Shown: positions 36,840 through 46,910, counted from the stretch's first letter. The stretch is 64,000 bases of DNA from a candidate division TM6 bacterium RIFCSPHIGHO2_12_FULL_36_22 (GCA_001771315.1 METK01000008.1:30624-94623); one strand, 5' to 3'. The notes: generated from the letters alone by a model not told the origin. A program made the numbers and translations.

Positions 36840-37526
36840 ATGAAGAAAATACTTCTCTTTCTCCTCCTTATCCCAACACTGCAACAAGCAGAAGAAAAAA
36901 AAAGAAAACTTTCTCAAGAAACTAAAATAAAAACTGCTGTTGGTGTTGCTACTGCCGCATTAGCTGGATTTGCTCTGTATGAAGGATATAAGTTTTACAA
37001 AAGTAATTACTTTGATAATGAATGGGTACTTTGTAAACTTGGTAATAAAAAAGTTCAAGAAGTTATTCGGTATACCGCTGCTACAGCCGTTGCTAGTTTC
37101 TTAGGTTATCATGGCGCATATCAAGTAACCCCAGATGGTAAGCTTGATCGTGCAAAAGGTGAAATGAACAAAGTAAATCATCATCTTGTTGAAATTTGTA
37201 AAAAAACTAATGACCCAGTTACTTTTTACAAAGAAATTAATCAATTTTTCTTCTATAGTCATTTTCCTCTAATCACAGCATTTGCACAACTTGATGCATA
37301 TGATAATTCATTGGTACATGCTGAAGAACTATTAGTAGCAGCCAGCAGCAACAAAGACGTTGCTGATGAATGTTTTACTCTCTTGATAGAAATCAAAGTC
37401 ATTAGAAAAGTTCTTGTTGAAGCAATGGTAACATTGAAAAAACATCCTGAATGGTCAGAACAAATGAACAGCCGTAACTTACATGCAGCTGCACGACGTG
37501 AATGTACTCGAGAATTTTGTGCTTAA
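36840..37526 (+). CDS. hypothetical exported/membrane protein (family A, paralog of 35425..36234)
   Basis: I place the start at the ATG at 36840 (MKKILLFLLLIPTLQQAEE; AAGGA 8 nt upstream). The track start at 36756 lies inside the preceding terminator. Shared blocks with the paralog: TPDG/SKLDRAK, FxYSHFPL..AF, LKKHPEW/LKECPNW. Confidence 0.6.
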   Translation: MKKILLFLLLIPTLQQAEEKKRKLSQETKIKTAVGVATAALAGFALYEGYKFYKSNYFDNEWVLCKLGNKKVQEVIRYTAATAVASFLGYHGAYQVTPDGKLDRAKGEMNKVNHHLVEICKKTNDPVTFYKEINQFFFYSHFPLITAFAQLDAYDNSLVHAEELLVAASSNKDVADECFTLLIEIKVIRKVLVEAMVTLKKHPEWSEQMNSRNLHAAARRECTREFCA

Positions 37527-37534
37527 GCACAGTA

Positions 37535-37567
37535 AGGGCCATGGAAATTCCATGGCCCTATTTTTTT
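37535..37567 (+). terminator. rho-independent terminator
   Basis: AGGGCCATGGAA-a-TTCCATGGCCCT (12-bp palindrome) followed by A then T7. Confidence 0.75.
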
Positions 37568-37938
37568 ACAAAAAAATTAATAATAAAAAGCTGTATAGTT
37601 TTTTATTATTAATAAGCTTAACTATCGCTCCTCAAGAAAGTGAACAAAAAAATAGGCCCTGGAAAAAATATGTCCCATACGCTCTTGTTGCTACTTCGGG
37701 AGTTATGCTTGTTGCTTCTGTATTAATACTCAAAGAAGCTCGTAAAGAATCACGCCTAGCCCATCAACTCACTGAACAACAAATTGAAAATCAAACCTTC
37801 CTTAATTCTCTTTTCAATGACGCTGATACACAAAACTATCTAACCAATATAAAGCGTCCCTTCGTTAAGGAATTCTTACGAAGATGGCGTTTAGATTTAT
37901 TTGAAACCTACCTAGAAAAAAATCCACCCCGAAAATAA
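37552..37938 (+). CDS. hypothetical small membrane protein (start uncertain)
   Basis: A long open frame in an AT-rich, stop-rich background, with a TM segment (YALVATSGVMLVASVLIL). The only ATG lies in the terminator stem, so the real start or expression is doubtful. Confidence 0.35.
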   Translation: MALFFYKKINNKKLYSFLLLISLTIAPQESEQKNRPWKKYVPYALVATSGVMLVASVLILKEARKESRLAHQLTEQQIENQTFLNSLFNDADTQNYLTNIKRPFVKEFLRRWRLDLFETYLEKNPPRK

Positions 37939-38058
37939 TCCATCTCCAAGCTGATGTTTGGAAGTTTTAACCTGGATTTATAGACCATTTTTTCTTCATA
38001 TGCTATAATAAAGTGTAATAATCCCTAAATTAGTTTAAGTTAATGGAGGAACAGCTCG

Positions 38059-39459
38059 ATGATTCATCGTGTTATACATCGCTTTTTTCCCGATCTTAAT
38101 GACCAAGAGGTACAAAAATTTAGCATACTATCGCTAGGTTTTTTTACAATCGTTGGTGCATATTGGCTTATGCGTCTTTTAAAAGAGACCGTGATGTACA
38201 AGATAGCTTTCCCTATAGAACTTGGCTGGGCATGTGGGCATGGACGTATGATGCAACCATTGGCAAAGTCATTATCACCACTCATGATTATTCTAGTTAT
38301 CCTCCTTTATTCCAAACTTATTGATCGATATAAAAAACAAACACTCTTTTATATCATCTGTTCTGGTTATGCTTTATTTTTTACCGTTATTGGTATTTTA
38401 CTTGGTATAAAATTATCTATGGGTAGCGCCTGTCTTGGTAAGTCACTCCTAGCAGCCGTTGGCTGGGCAGTTTATTTAGGCACAGAAAGTTTTGGATCTT
38501 TGATTATCACCCTTTTTTGGTCATTTGTTGTTAGTATTTCAAAAACTGATGAAGCAAAAAAAGGCTTTCCTCTCATTATTGCAGGTGGACAGCTAGGGGC
38601 AATTATCGGTTCATCCCTCAATTTATTCACTGAGCAATTAGGTGGCACCTGGATTTTATTTTTTATTGCAGCAGCCGCAATTGCCACAATAATTCCAATT
38701 ATTGTCTATTTGATGAAAGTTGTACCAGAAAGCCAATTAATTGGTAACGTAAAAGCTCATGCTTCTGAAGATAAAAAAGAAGGATTCGTTGAAGGATTTT
38801 TAACAGGCATGCAATTGCTATGTACGAAGCCTTATTTGATGGGTATTTTAATAATTTCTACAATCTATGATATTGCAAGTCAAATTATGGATTATCAAAT
38901 GCATTCGCTTGCTGATATAAGTAGTCTATTTCATGGAGAAATTGGCTTTTCTCAATTTCAAGGAATCTATGGTATTACAACCAACACTCTTTCGTTTGCA
39001 ATGGCATTATTAGGTACAAGTTTCCTATTTAAAAAATTTGGAATTAGGCGCTGTCTTCTTATTTACCCATCTGTATTCGCCTGCATTGTTATTACTTTCT
39101 TGGGTTTATATATGAATATGACACTTTCAATCAACCAACTTCTATTCATGTCTTTGTGCGCTATGGTACTTATTAAAACAGTAAGTTTCACAGTTAACAA
39201 CCCCGCCAAGGATATTTTATACATTCCAACAAGCAGAGATGCTCGATTTAAAACTAAAGGTTGGATTGATATGTTTGGTAGCCGAACAACCAAAATGATC
39301 GGCTCTCGCGTTACAGATACGCTTAAACATAGTTTTAATGAACTCATTATTTATGGCGGACTTATTAGCCTTGGCATAATAGGATTCTGGGTCATTGCTG
39401 CAATTCTTGTTGGTAAGAAAAACGAACAACTCGTTAAGAGTGGCGAAATTGTCGAATAA
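38059..39459 (+). CDS. ATP/ADP translocase-type nucleotide transporter (TLC/NTT family)
   Basis: 466 aa with about 12 TM helices. By eye it resembles rickettsial/chlamydial Tlc: N-terminal KFSILSLGFFTIVGAYWLMRLLKETV, central LFWSFVVSISKTDEAKKGFPLIIAGGQLGAIIG (compare LFWQFANQIT..EAKRFY..), and C-terminal PAKDILYIPTSRDARFKTKGWIDMFGSR. GGAGGA SD. Confidence 0.75.
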   Translation: MIHRVIHRFFPDLNDQEVQKFSILSLGFFTIVGAYWLMRLLKETVMYKIAFPIELGWACGHGRMMQPLAKSLSPLMIILVILLYSKLIDRYKKQTLFYIICSGYALFFTVIGILLGIKLSMGSACLGKSLLAAVGWAVYLGTESFGSLIITLFWSFVVSISKTDEAKKGFPLIIAGGQLGAIIGSSLNLFTEQLGGTWILFFIAAAAIATIIPIIVYLMKVVPESQLIGNVKAHASEDKKEGFVEGFLTGMQLLCTKPYLMGILIISTIYDIASQIMDYQMHSLADISSLFHGEIGFSQFQGIYGITTNTLSFAMALLGTSFLFKKFGIRRCLLIYPSVFACIVITFLGLYMNMTLSINQLLFMSLCAMVLIKTVSFTVNNPAKDILYIPTSRDARFKTKGWIDMFGSRTTKMIGSRVTDTLKHSFNELIIYGGLISLGIIGFWVIAAILVGKKNEQLVKSGEIVE

Positions 39460-39461
39460 AA

Positions 39462-40550
39462 CTAAGCAGCCTTAACCGCAAGCCATATCCGATTTAAATC
39501 TTTTAGTGAAATCGAACTATCAAAAAATGAAAATTGCTTAAAGTCTTTCAATTTAGATAGATTCTCAATACCTGATATATATGAGGTATCTCGTTCAAGC
39601 ATAAGGTCTTTTCTTGTAGGCAAAAAACCTTGTAAATCTGCATTGATACGTAGCACATCTTTTTGGTATAAAAAATTTATAAATTCATAAACCAAATCCG
39701 TATTAGAACCAGCTTTTGGGATGACGATATTATCAATTAACATGAATGCTTTTTTTGGAACCAAAAATCCAAGATTTTTAAACTGGCCACTTTTGATACC
39801 TGCCCAAACTTGAAAACTTGGTATCATAGCAACAGCACTCGTCTTGGAATAAAGTAAAAACTCACCTCTTAAGTCTGAATATGATTCAACCCATTGTTTT
39901 TGCTCTAATAACAATTTTTTTATTTGCTCAAGTTCTTCACTATTCAAATCTGTAACTTTACCAAACAAATACTGTGCTGCAGAAAGAATTACTTCACGCG
40001 GATCATCTGTCATGCCTACATGACCTGGTGTTACATTTTTATCAAAAAGAAGTCCCCATCCATCTGATGGTGGTTGCATAAACGCTGTTTTATCATAACC
40101 AATACCCATGATATCCCAGTAATATGGAATTGAGTATTCATTTTTGGGGTCAAAATAATGTCCTAATAAACGCGAATCAAGTTCATGCCAAAAATTCAAC
40201 TTGCTCTTATCAAGTTTTTTAAGCATCCCTTTTTCTATTAAAATACGAGTTGATGAATCCGTTGGAATGACAAGATCATATCCTTGAGATTTTGTTAACT
40301 CCAATTTAGACAATAATTCTTCATTGTTTTCATAAAAATTTATATAAACTTTTATCCCAGTATTTTTCTCAAATTCTCGTATGCTATCTTCATCAATATA
40401 GTCTGGCCAAGTAGCCACAGTAATGACACGACCAGATTTAAAAATCAAACGTGCTGCTGGAGAAAGATAGATAAATAATGCAATAATCCCAATCCAAAAA
40501 ACAATAAATCCACATCGGATCATCACTTTTGTAACAAAGTTATATACCAT
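39462..40550 (-). CDS. potD: spermidine/putrescine ABC transporter substrate-binding protein
   Basis: 362 aa. N-terminal anchor, then PotD-like VITVATWPDYIDEDSIREFEKNTGIKV...YDLVIPTDS...IPYYWDIMGIGYDK. Confidence 0.8.
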   Translation of the reverse strand: MVYNFVTKVMIRCGFIVFWIGIIALFIYLSPAARLIFKSGRVITVATWPDYIDEDSIREFEKNTGIKVYINFYENNEELLSKLELTKSQGYDLVIPTDSSTRILIEKGMLKKLDKSKLNFWHELDSRLLGHYFDPKNEYSIPYYWDIMGIGYDKTAFMQPPSDGWGLLFDKNVTPGHVGMTDDPREVILSAAQYLFGKVTDLNSEELEQIKKLLLEQKQWVESYSDLRGEFLLYSKTSAVAMIPSFQVWAGIKSGQFKNLGFLVPKKAFMLIDNIVIPKAGSNTDLVYEFINFLYQKDVLRINADLQGFLPTRKDLMLERDTSYISGIENLSKLKDFKQFSFFDSSISLKDLNRIWLAVKAA

Positions 40551-41326
40551 TACAATATCTCCTCCGAAGACTTTTTAGTTACGTAGGAAAATAATAGGAC
40601 AAGCAACATACTCACCATCAGCATAAGCATGGATAAAGCATTTATAACTGGAGAAACACCTGATCGAATAAGCGCAAATATATACAAAGATAACGTTTGA
40701 GAGGTTGGACCAGCACAGAAAAATGCGATCAAAAAATCATCCAGACTTATAATAAATACAAGCAATGCTGCGGATATTAGTGCCGGATATAAAAAAGGCA
40801 AAATAACTTTAAAAAATGTCTGTCTTGTTGAAGCTCCCAAGTCAGCACTCGCTTCTAAAAGACGGTTATCCATTTCACCGTAGCGAGCGTGGAGTATTGG
40901 AACCACAAATCCAAGACCCAATAATGTATGCCCAATAATAAGCGTATTAAGACCCAATGGTACCATTAACCAAGAAAATATTGATAATAAACCAACAGCA
41001 ATTACAATCTCTGGAATCATTGCAGACAAGTAGAAAATGGAAAAAAATTTATCTAATTTTTTTCCAAAACTATATACAATCATCAATCCAAAGATCAGAC
41101 TTAAAAAAACCGCCACAACAGCAATAATAAGTGTATTTTTTAATGCAAACCAAAGCTCTTGTGCTTGAAACAATTGTTGATACCATTCAAAAGTAAAGCC
41201 AGTCCAAAAATAACCTAGTTGATTATTATTAAATGAAAATATTAACATAATCACAATTGGTATATACAAAAAAAGATATATCCCTAACACGGTTGTTGGC
41301 AGCCAAAAACGTTTCAATATGTTCAT
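40550..41326 (-). CDS. potC: spermidine/putrescine ABC transporter permease
   Basis: 258 aa with 6 TM helices. EAA-type loop LLEASADLGASTRQTFFKVILP. Confidence 0.8.
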   Translation of the reverse strand: MNILKRFWLPTTVLGIYLFLYIPIVIMLIFSFNNNQLGYFWTGFTFEWYQQLFQAQELWFALKNTLIIAVVAVFLSLIFGLMIVYSFGKKLDKFFSIFYLSAMIPEIVIAVGLLSIFSWLMVPLGLNTLIIGHTLLGLGFVVPILHARYGEMDNRLLEASADLGASTRQTFFKVILPFLYPALISAALLVFIISLDDFLIAFFCAGPTSQTLSLYIFALIRSGVSPVINALSMLMLMVSMLLVLLFSYVTKKSSEEIL

Positions 41327-42174
41327 GAACTTGCCCTCGTAATTCTATAAAATATGTATCTAAATAAAACAAAGATCATTAACAAAGCCCAACCAAGCAT
41401 GAAACCACTTAAGCAGGTAAAAGCAGAACCAAGTGCAACATTCTGATCAAGAAGAAAGTAGCTCGATATAAGCGTTCCAACAAAGAGCATTTTACCTCCT
41501 CCCATAAGTGTAGGAATAACAAACTCACCAAATGATAAAATGAATACCAAAAACACCCCTATGCGTGCCCCTACCAGTGTTAATGGAAATGTAATTCTAA
41601 AAAATGTCTGCGAAGATGTAGCGCCAAGATCCGTAGAAGACTCAATCAATGTATAATTTAATTTTTCAAATATTGTATACAATGGCAAAACCATGAATGG
41701 TAGATAAGTATGAAACATTACTAATCCAACAGCAAATAATGAGTTAGCTAAATACAATGGCTCATTGATGATATGAAGCTTTAATAAAACTGTATTAAGA
41801 ATACCATTGCGTTCCAATACAAAAAACCAACTATATACATGAAGTAAAAAATTAACCCAAAACGGTAACGTCAATAAAAAAAGCAATATGGCTTTACTTT
41901 TTTTAACTTTGAACGCTAAAAAGTATGCAATTGGATACGCAAAAAATAAACAAAGCATTGAGTTAATCGATGCTAAAAATAATGAACGCAATATAACTCG
42001 AAAATGAGTAAGATCTAAAATTGTTAAGTAATGAGTAAATGAAAAACCATACGCTATACTATACATACTTGATATCATCAAGAAGGCTAGTGGAAGCCAT
42101 AAAAAAGCTACCTGCCAAAGCATTGCAGGAATGCTGAGGAAAAAATTCAACTCATGTTTAATAATTTTTTTCAC
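41323..42174 (-). CDS. potB: spermidine/putrescine ABC transporter permease
   Basis: 283 aa. EAA-type loop LIESSTDLGATSSQTFFRITFP. 4-nt overlap with potC. Confidence 0.8.
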   Translation of the reverse strand: MKKIIKHELNFFLSIPAMLWQVAFLWLPLAFLMISSMYSIAYGFSFTHYLTILDLTHFRVILRSLFLASINSMLCLFFAYPIAYFLAFKVKKSKAILLFLLTLPFWVNFLLHVYSWFFVLERNGILNTVLLKLHIINEPLYLANSLFAVGLVMFHTYLPFMVLPLYTIFEKLNYTLIESSTDLGATSSQTFFRITFPLTLVGARIGVFLVFILSFGEFVIPTLMGGGKMLFVGTLISSYFLLDQNVALGSAFTCLSGFMLGWALLMIFVLFRYIFYRITRASS

Positions 42175-42175
42175 T

Positions 42176-43267
42176 TTAACGCTCCATAATAAGTGCGTCT
42201 TCTTTCTTCCAATACAAATTTACAATGTCATCATAATTAATGACTTCTTTTGGGAAATGTTCATCATTCTGTTCAAAAACTTGAATCGTACGATGATCAT
42301 TAATCGAAATGATATATTGTGTAGAACGACCATGATAAATGATAGCTTTAACCTCACCGCGAAGCATATTTGAAAAGCCCGATACCTCTTGCTTTGTAAT
42401 ATAAATCTTCTCCGGTCGTAAGTTCATAATAACTGAAGCACCTTCAACTACCCAGTCCTTTTGTACATCGACAGATACAACAAATAATCCTAAATGTTCG
42501 ACATCTAACATCCATTGTTCGCCATCCTGATTTAACTTTCCCGAAATAAGATTCGTTGTTCCTACAAAGCTAGCAACAAATGAGCTGTTGGGAAACTCAT
42601 AAACTTGCTTTGGTGATCCTATTTGTTCTATTTGACCATCGGGATTCATAATCGCCATTTGATCCGCCACGGTCAATGCTTCATTTTGGTCGTGCGTTAC
42701 ATATATAAATGTAGTTTGAAGAGTATCTTGTAAATCAATCAACTCAACCAACATTCTTTCTTTTAATTTTTGATCTAATGCCGCAAGAGGCTCATCTAAC
42801 AAAAGCACACGTGGTCGGTTAATAATCGCACGAGCTAGTGCGACCCGCTGTTGTTGTCCACCTGATAATTGATCTATAGATTTATTTACCTGTTTTTCCA
42901 AATGTACAGTTTGCAAAACTTTCATAACACGTTCTTGAATTTCTTCTTTAGGCAATCCTTGAATGGTTAAACTATATGCAACATTTGCAAATACATTTAA
43001 GTGTGGAAAAAGAGCATAATTTTGAAACACTGTATTAACATGTCTCTTATTGCCAGGCAAGTACGTAACGTTTTGGTCTTCAATAAAAATACTTCCTGAA
43101 TCAACACTCTCAAAGCCCGCTATAAGACGCAAAATAGTAGTTTTACCACAGCCACTTGGACCCAAAAGTGCAAAAAATTTTCCCGAAGGAATCTCGAGAT
43201 TTAAATTTTGAAGTATAGGTTCATCCCCATACATTTTCGTAACATTCTCTAATCGAATACCATTCAT
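42176..43267 (-). CDS. potA: spermidine/putrescine ABC transporter ATPase
   Basis: 363 aa. Walker A GPSGCGKTT, signature LSGGQQQRVALARA, Walker B LLLDEPLAALD, C-terminal regulatory domain. Confidence 0.9.
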   Translation of the reverse strand: MNGIRLENVTKMYGDEPILQNLNLEIPSGKFFALLGPSGCGKTTILRLIAGFESVDSGSIFIEDQNVTYLPGNKRHVNTVFQNYALFPHLNVFANVAYSLTIQGLPKEEIQERVMKVLQTVHLEKQVNKSIDQLSGGQQQRVALARAIINRPRVLLLDEPLAALDQKLKERMLVELIDLQDTLQTTFIYVTHDQNEALTVADQMAIMNPDGQIEQIGSPKQVYEFPNSSFVASFVGTTNLISGKLNQDGEQWMLDVEHLGLFVVSVDVQKDWVVEGASVIMNLRPEKIYITKQEVSGFSNMLRGEVKAIIYHGRSTQYIISINDHRTIQVFEQNDEHFPKEVINYDDIVNLYWKKEDALIMER

Positions 43268-43944
43268 TTTTTATTTCCTGATCGGGCAAACAAAATTGGC
43301 ACAACAACATCTGAAAACGTACATGGAAGCACTACCGCAACCATGAGAATAACAAATACTAACCCAACTTGTGGCATCCAATCAACAAAACCGTTAGCTA
43401 CCATATAAAACATTGAAGCCAAGGAACTGAGAAGTATGTGAAGAAAATGAGACCAACGAGCAAAAGATGCACTAGAATCAGTATGCCGTTGATGCAAACT
43501 TAAAACAAGACCCGTTGCAAGACCAATACCTAAAAAGGTACCAATGTTAGCTAATTCATGATAAAAACAAATATGAAGCTGCATTGGAACACCAACAACC
43601 CAACCACCTAAATATGGCACAATAATATCCGACAAAATACAAAAAATAGTCGGCGAAATAATGCCAATAATCAATCCCTTAACAATATTTTTAGAAAACT
43701 TAAAGAAAGTCAAAAGTGTTCCCGCTGCTGCAAAAACAATGTGCAAATAGTGAAACATATGAAACAAATTTTGATATGCAAAATCCACCACAGTTTCATC
43801 TATCAACATTGATGTAAACGTTAAAAGAATAATCCCTAATGCGATAGAAAAAACTCCATATGGAAAATGACAAATAAACTCTTCATATAGACCGTGTTCA
43901 TGATCATGATTATGTTCATTATGACTTTTTGATACAGTAGACAT
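43264..43944 (-). CDS. His-rich polytopic membrane protein, possible metal-ion transporter
   Basis: 226 aa. N-terminal HNEHNHDHEHG, about 6 TM helices with embedded His (FHMFHYLHIVF, HICFYHE, WSHFLHILL). 4-nt overlap with potA suggests co-transcription. Family not recognised. Confidence 0.5.
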   Translation of the reverse strand: MSTVSKSHNEHNHDHEHGLYEEFICHFPYGVFSIALGIILLTFTSMLIDETVVDFAYQNLFHMFHYLHIVFAAAGTLLTFFKFSKNIVKGLIIGIISPTIFCILSDIIVPYLGGWVVGVPMQLHICFYHELANIGTFLGIGLATGLVLSLHQRHTDSSASFARWSHFLHILLSSLASMFYMVANGFVDWMPQVGLVFVILMVAVVLPCTFSDVVVPILFARSGNKK

Positions 43945-44030
43945 AGTAATGATCCCCCAATTTTAAACAACAAAAATAAATAACCAATATTAATATCTTA
44001 AATATACGGTTTTTTTCCGTCCTTGTATAC

Positions 44031-46910
44031 CTAAAATGCATGCCCTAGAGCCAAGTACCAGGCATACGGGGAATCACATTCACATTGCTGATTAATATTC
44101 CAACCGAAATCAAAGCGTAGAGGACCTATAGGGGTATTATATCGTACACCAACCCCAACCGCCCCTAAAATGTTTGCCCGCCAGGTCTCTGGCATTTCAC
44201 ACTTACAACACGTCTGATAGCTTCTGGATGCCTCATTCGTACTTTTAGGCTTATTTAAAACACCTAAATCATTGAAAATAACGGCAGACATTGATCGAAA
44301 AAACGGACATCTTAGCTCAAAGTTAATATTAAGCATTGTAGCACCCCCCTGAGGAAAACAACATAAGCAATCATTGATCCGAATCCTGCCAAGCGGAGGT
44401 GCCAAATCTGGCAAATAACAGCGAATTGAGTTTTGACCCCCTAAATAAAAACGTTCTGTAGGAACAATTTCAGAGAAATTTTTAGCAAATATGTGTCCAG
44501 CACGAACTCGCATAGCAAAGACTATACGACTTATCGGATAAAAACCTGCCTGATCAATCATACATTTAAAAAAATATTCTGCCTTACCATCTAATGGCAA
44601 CATCCATTTACATGAGAGAAGCGTTGAAAAACCCTTAGAGGGATACAGTTTATCATTGAGAGATTCAATAAAAAGTGTCGGTTCAAGATTAAAATAAGGA
44701 ACCCATTTATCTGTTAATTTAAAAGAAAAATCAATTGCCTCAGCTAGAGCCATAGATAGCTGATCAATTTTTACATCTTCAATCCCAAGATTAAGAGCAA
44801 CATTACGATCCAAATTCTTACGCTGCCAACCAATTAGCCCACCATTTTGACGAGCACGATACAATGTATGCTTGCTTCCAATATAGACTGGCTGATCAAA
44901 TTTATTACTATAGCCCTTTATAACCGTCTTAATCGGAAAACCAAAGGTCCAAGGAACAGAGTATGAAGCTTCCACAATCCGATAAAAACGAGTTATATCA
45001 CCATCAAGACGAATTTGATCTGCATTACCAGTCACATCCTTATAAATAAAAGTACCACCTATTTTATAGGTTGCCCGTTCTCTAAAAATGAGATTTTTAC
45101 TGACATTTTGAAAACCAATTCGTGTTCTAATTTCATATGGCTCATCTGGTATAACGCGTATCGTAACCGGCTGTTCTCCACAGGGATCAGTTTGCGCCAG
45201 AGGATGCACAGAAACCGTATCATAAATACCAAGGCCATTAAGACGCGCAAAGGTTTGTTCTAATTTTTTTTTGGACCATACATCACATTGCTTATAACAC
45301 AACTCACGATAAATATGTTCAAGATTAACACCAAGAGCCCCAACTACTACCGTTTTACCAAATCGGGCTTTTTTATCACTCAATTGTACATGCCACTCAA
45401 GATTAATGCCATCAGGAAATTCATTAAGTTGTGGTTTAATGATAATCGACCGAAATCCATGTTGTTGAAAGTGATTAAGTAACCATTTTCGTTGTTCTTT
45501 CAAGTAACTAAACTTAAATGGAACGGGCAAAGAAACCGTCTTAAATCGCGCAAAGGGACCCTGAGATTCTAGTTCACACCAGTCTGGAATTGAAATGCTT
45601 TTAAGCTGACGACGCTCACCTTCATTAATAAATAGTTTAAGACAAAGCTGCTTGTCGGGTCCGCAAATAAATTTTTTTTTGATTATCTGAATATCCCAAA
45701 ATCCTTGTTCAAGATAGACCGATAAAAGATTATCGACAATATCAGAAACCATTTCTTCGTCATAAGGACGCTTAAGTGATGAGGTAAAAAGTTTGCGAAG
45801 TAATTGAGAACTAAACTTTTCAACACCTTCGAATTGAACATCACCCAATAGATATCGTTGGCCTTCATCGATATTAAAAATCAATTCATTATTAACTTCT
45901 CGACATTTGACCTGAATGTCCCAAAATCCTTTTTTACGATAATAATCTTCTATTTCATGTATACAAACAGGAGCCGAGATAGGCCAAAGATTTTCAGATC
46001 CACGCAAGATGTGTTCGTGCAGTTGTTGCTGAGAAAAAAAATGGTTACCTACAAACATTGTCTTGAGATATTTATTGAATGTAACTTGCCATTCCAAATT
46101 AACAGAATGACGAACAGAATCTCGAACCACTTTATATTCAATGTGTGCAAATGGATATCCATGACGATTCAAATAAGTTGAAACGTCTTCCTGAAAACGA
46201 TCTACCACATGTTGTTTGTACCACATATTATGCAACTGTTTAGACGCATAAATACGAATAGATTCCAAAATCTCTGCTTGAATATCAGAAAGCTTTGCGG
46301 GAGAACTTACACAATTGTGATTAATAGCAAATCGAGGACCTTTGGTCATCGACAAAACAACCGATACTGTTTTATTTTCGTAGTTTCTTGTAACAGTATC
46401 AATAATACGAATATCCAAAAATCCACGCTTAATAAAATCCTCTTTCATACGCGCTACAGCTCGATCATGCTCTTGTGGCATAAATACTGCACCACAATCT
46501 AGATTATATAAAGAACGTATCTTTTCTTTGCCAACCCAAACTCCTTTGCAGCATAAATTAGCCAATGTCCAATATGAATAAAGAAAAAATAGAAGCTTTT
46601 TATCATTAATTTCAATAATAAGTCGTTCAAACTTTTGAGTATATTTTAGATAAAAAACTGCCTGCTCAATATCCCGTTTAGAAACACAGGAATTATTTTT
46701 AATATCAATCAAATATTCTAAAGGCTGACAATTTGGATTGACGTCAGCCTCTATTTCTAGGGATTCACAATAAAATGATTCTGGCAATACTGACAATGAG
46801 GTTTGCCAATCTTTTTGAGACAAATCTATTTCTATAGTTTGAGCCTGATTAAATAAGCTGAAATTGCTAACGAGAAGCAATAGAATAATTTTTTTAGAAG
46901 ATAGAAACAC
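44031..46910 (-). CDS. bamA: outer membrane protein assembly factor BamA/Omp85 family
   Basis: 959 aa. Signal peptide, multiple POTRA-like repeats (e.g. GFWDIQV, GFLDIRI), C-terminal barrel ending GVRYNTPIGPLRFDFGWN...ALGHAF with a terminal Phe. Confidence 0.8.
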   Translation of the reverse strand: MFLSSKKIILLLLVSNFSLFNQAQTIEIDLSQKDWQTSLSVLPESFYCESLEIEADVNPNCQPLEYLIDIKNNSCVSKRDIEQAVFYLKYTQKFERLIIEINDKKLLFFLYSYWTLANLCCKGVWVGKEKIRSLYNLDCGAVFMPQEHDRAVARMKEDFIKRGFLDIRIIDTVTRNYENKTVSVVLSMTKGPRFAINHNCVSSPAKLSDIQAEILESIRIYASKQLHNMWYKQHVVDRFQEDVSTYLNRHGYPFAHIEYKVVRDSVRHSVNLEWQVTFNKYLKTMFVGNHFFSQQQLHEHILRGSENLWPISAPVCIHEIEDYYRKKGFWDIQVKCREVNNELIFNIDEGQRYLLGDVQFEGVEKFSSQLLRKLFTSSLKRPYDEEMVSDIVDNLLSVYLEQGFWDIQIIKKKFICGPDKQLCLKLFINEGERRQLKSISIPDWCELESQGPFARFKTVSLPVPFKFSYLKEQRKWLLNHFQQHGFRSIIIKPQLNEFPDGINLEWHVQLSDKKARFGKTVVVGALGVNLEHIYRELCYKQCDVWSKKKLEQTFARLNGLGIYDTVSVHPLAQTDPCGEQPVTIRVIPDEPYEIRTRIGFQNVSKNLIFRERATYKIGGTFIYKDVTGNADQIRLDGDITRFYRIVEASYSVPWTFGFPIKTVIKGYSNKFDQPVYIGSKHTLYRARQNGGLIGWQRKNLDRNVALNLGIEDVKIDQLSMALAEAIDFSFKLTDKWVPYFNLEPTLFIESLNDKLYPSKGFSTLLSCKWMLPLDGKAEYFFKCMIDQAGFYPISRIVFAMRVRAGHIFAKNFSEIVPTERFYLGGQNSIRCYLPDLAPPLGRIRINDCLCCFPQGGATMLNINFELRCPFFRSMSAVIFNDLGVLNKPKSTNEASRSYQTCCKCEMPETWRANILGAVGVGVRYNTPIGPLRFDFGWNINQQCECDSPYAWYLALGHAF

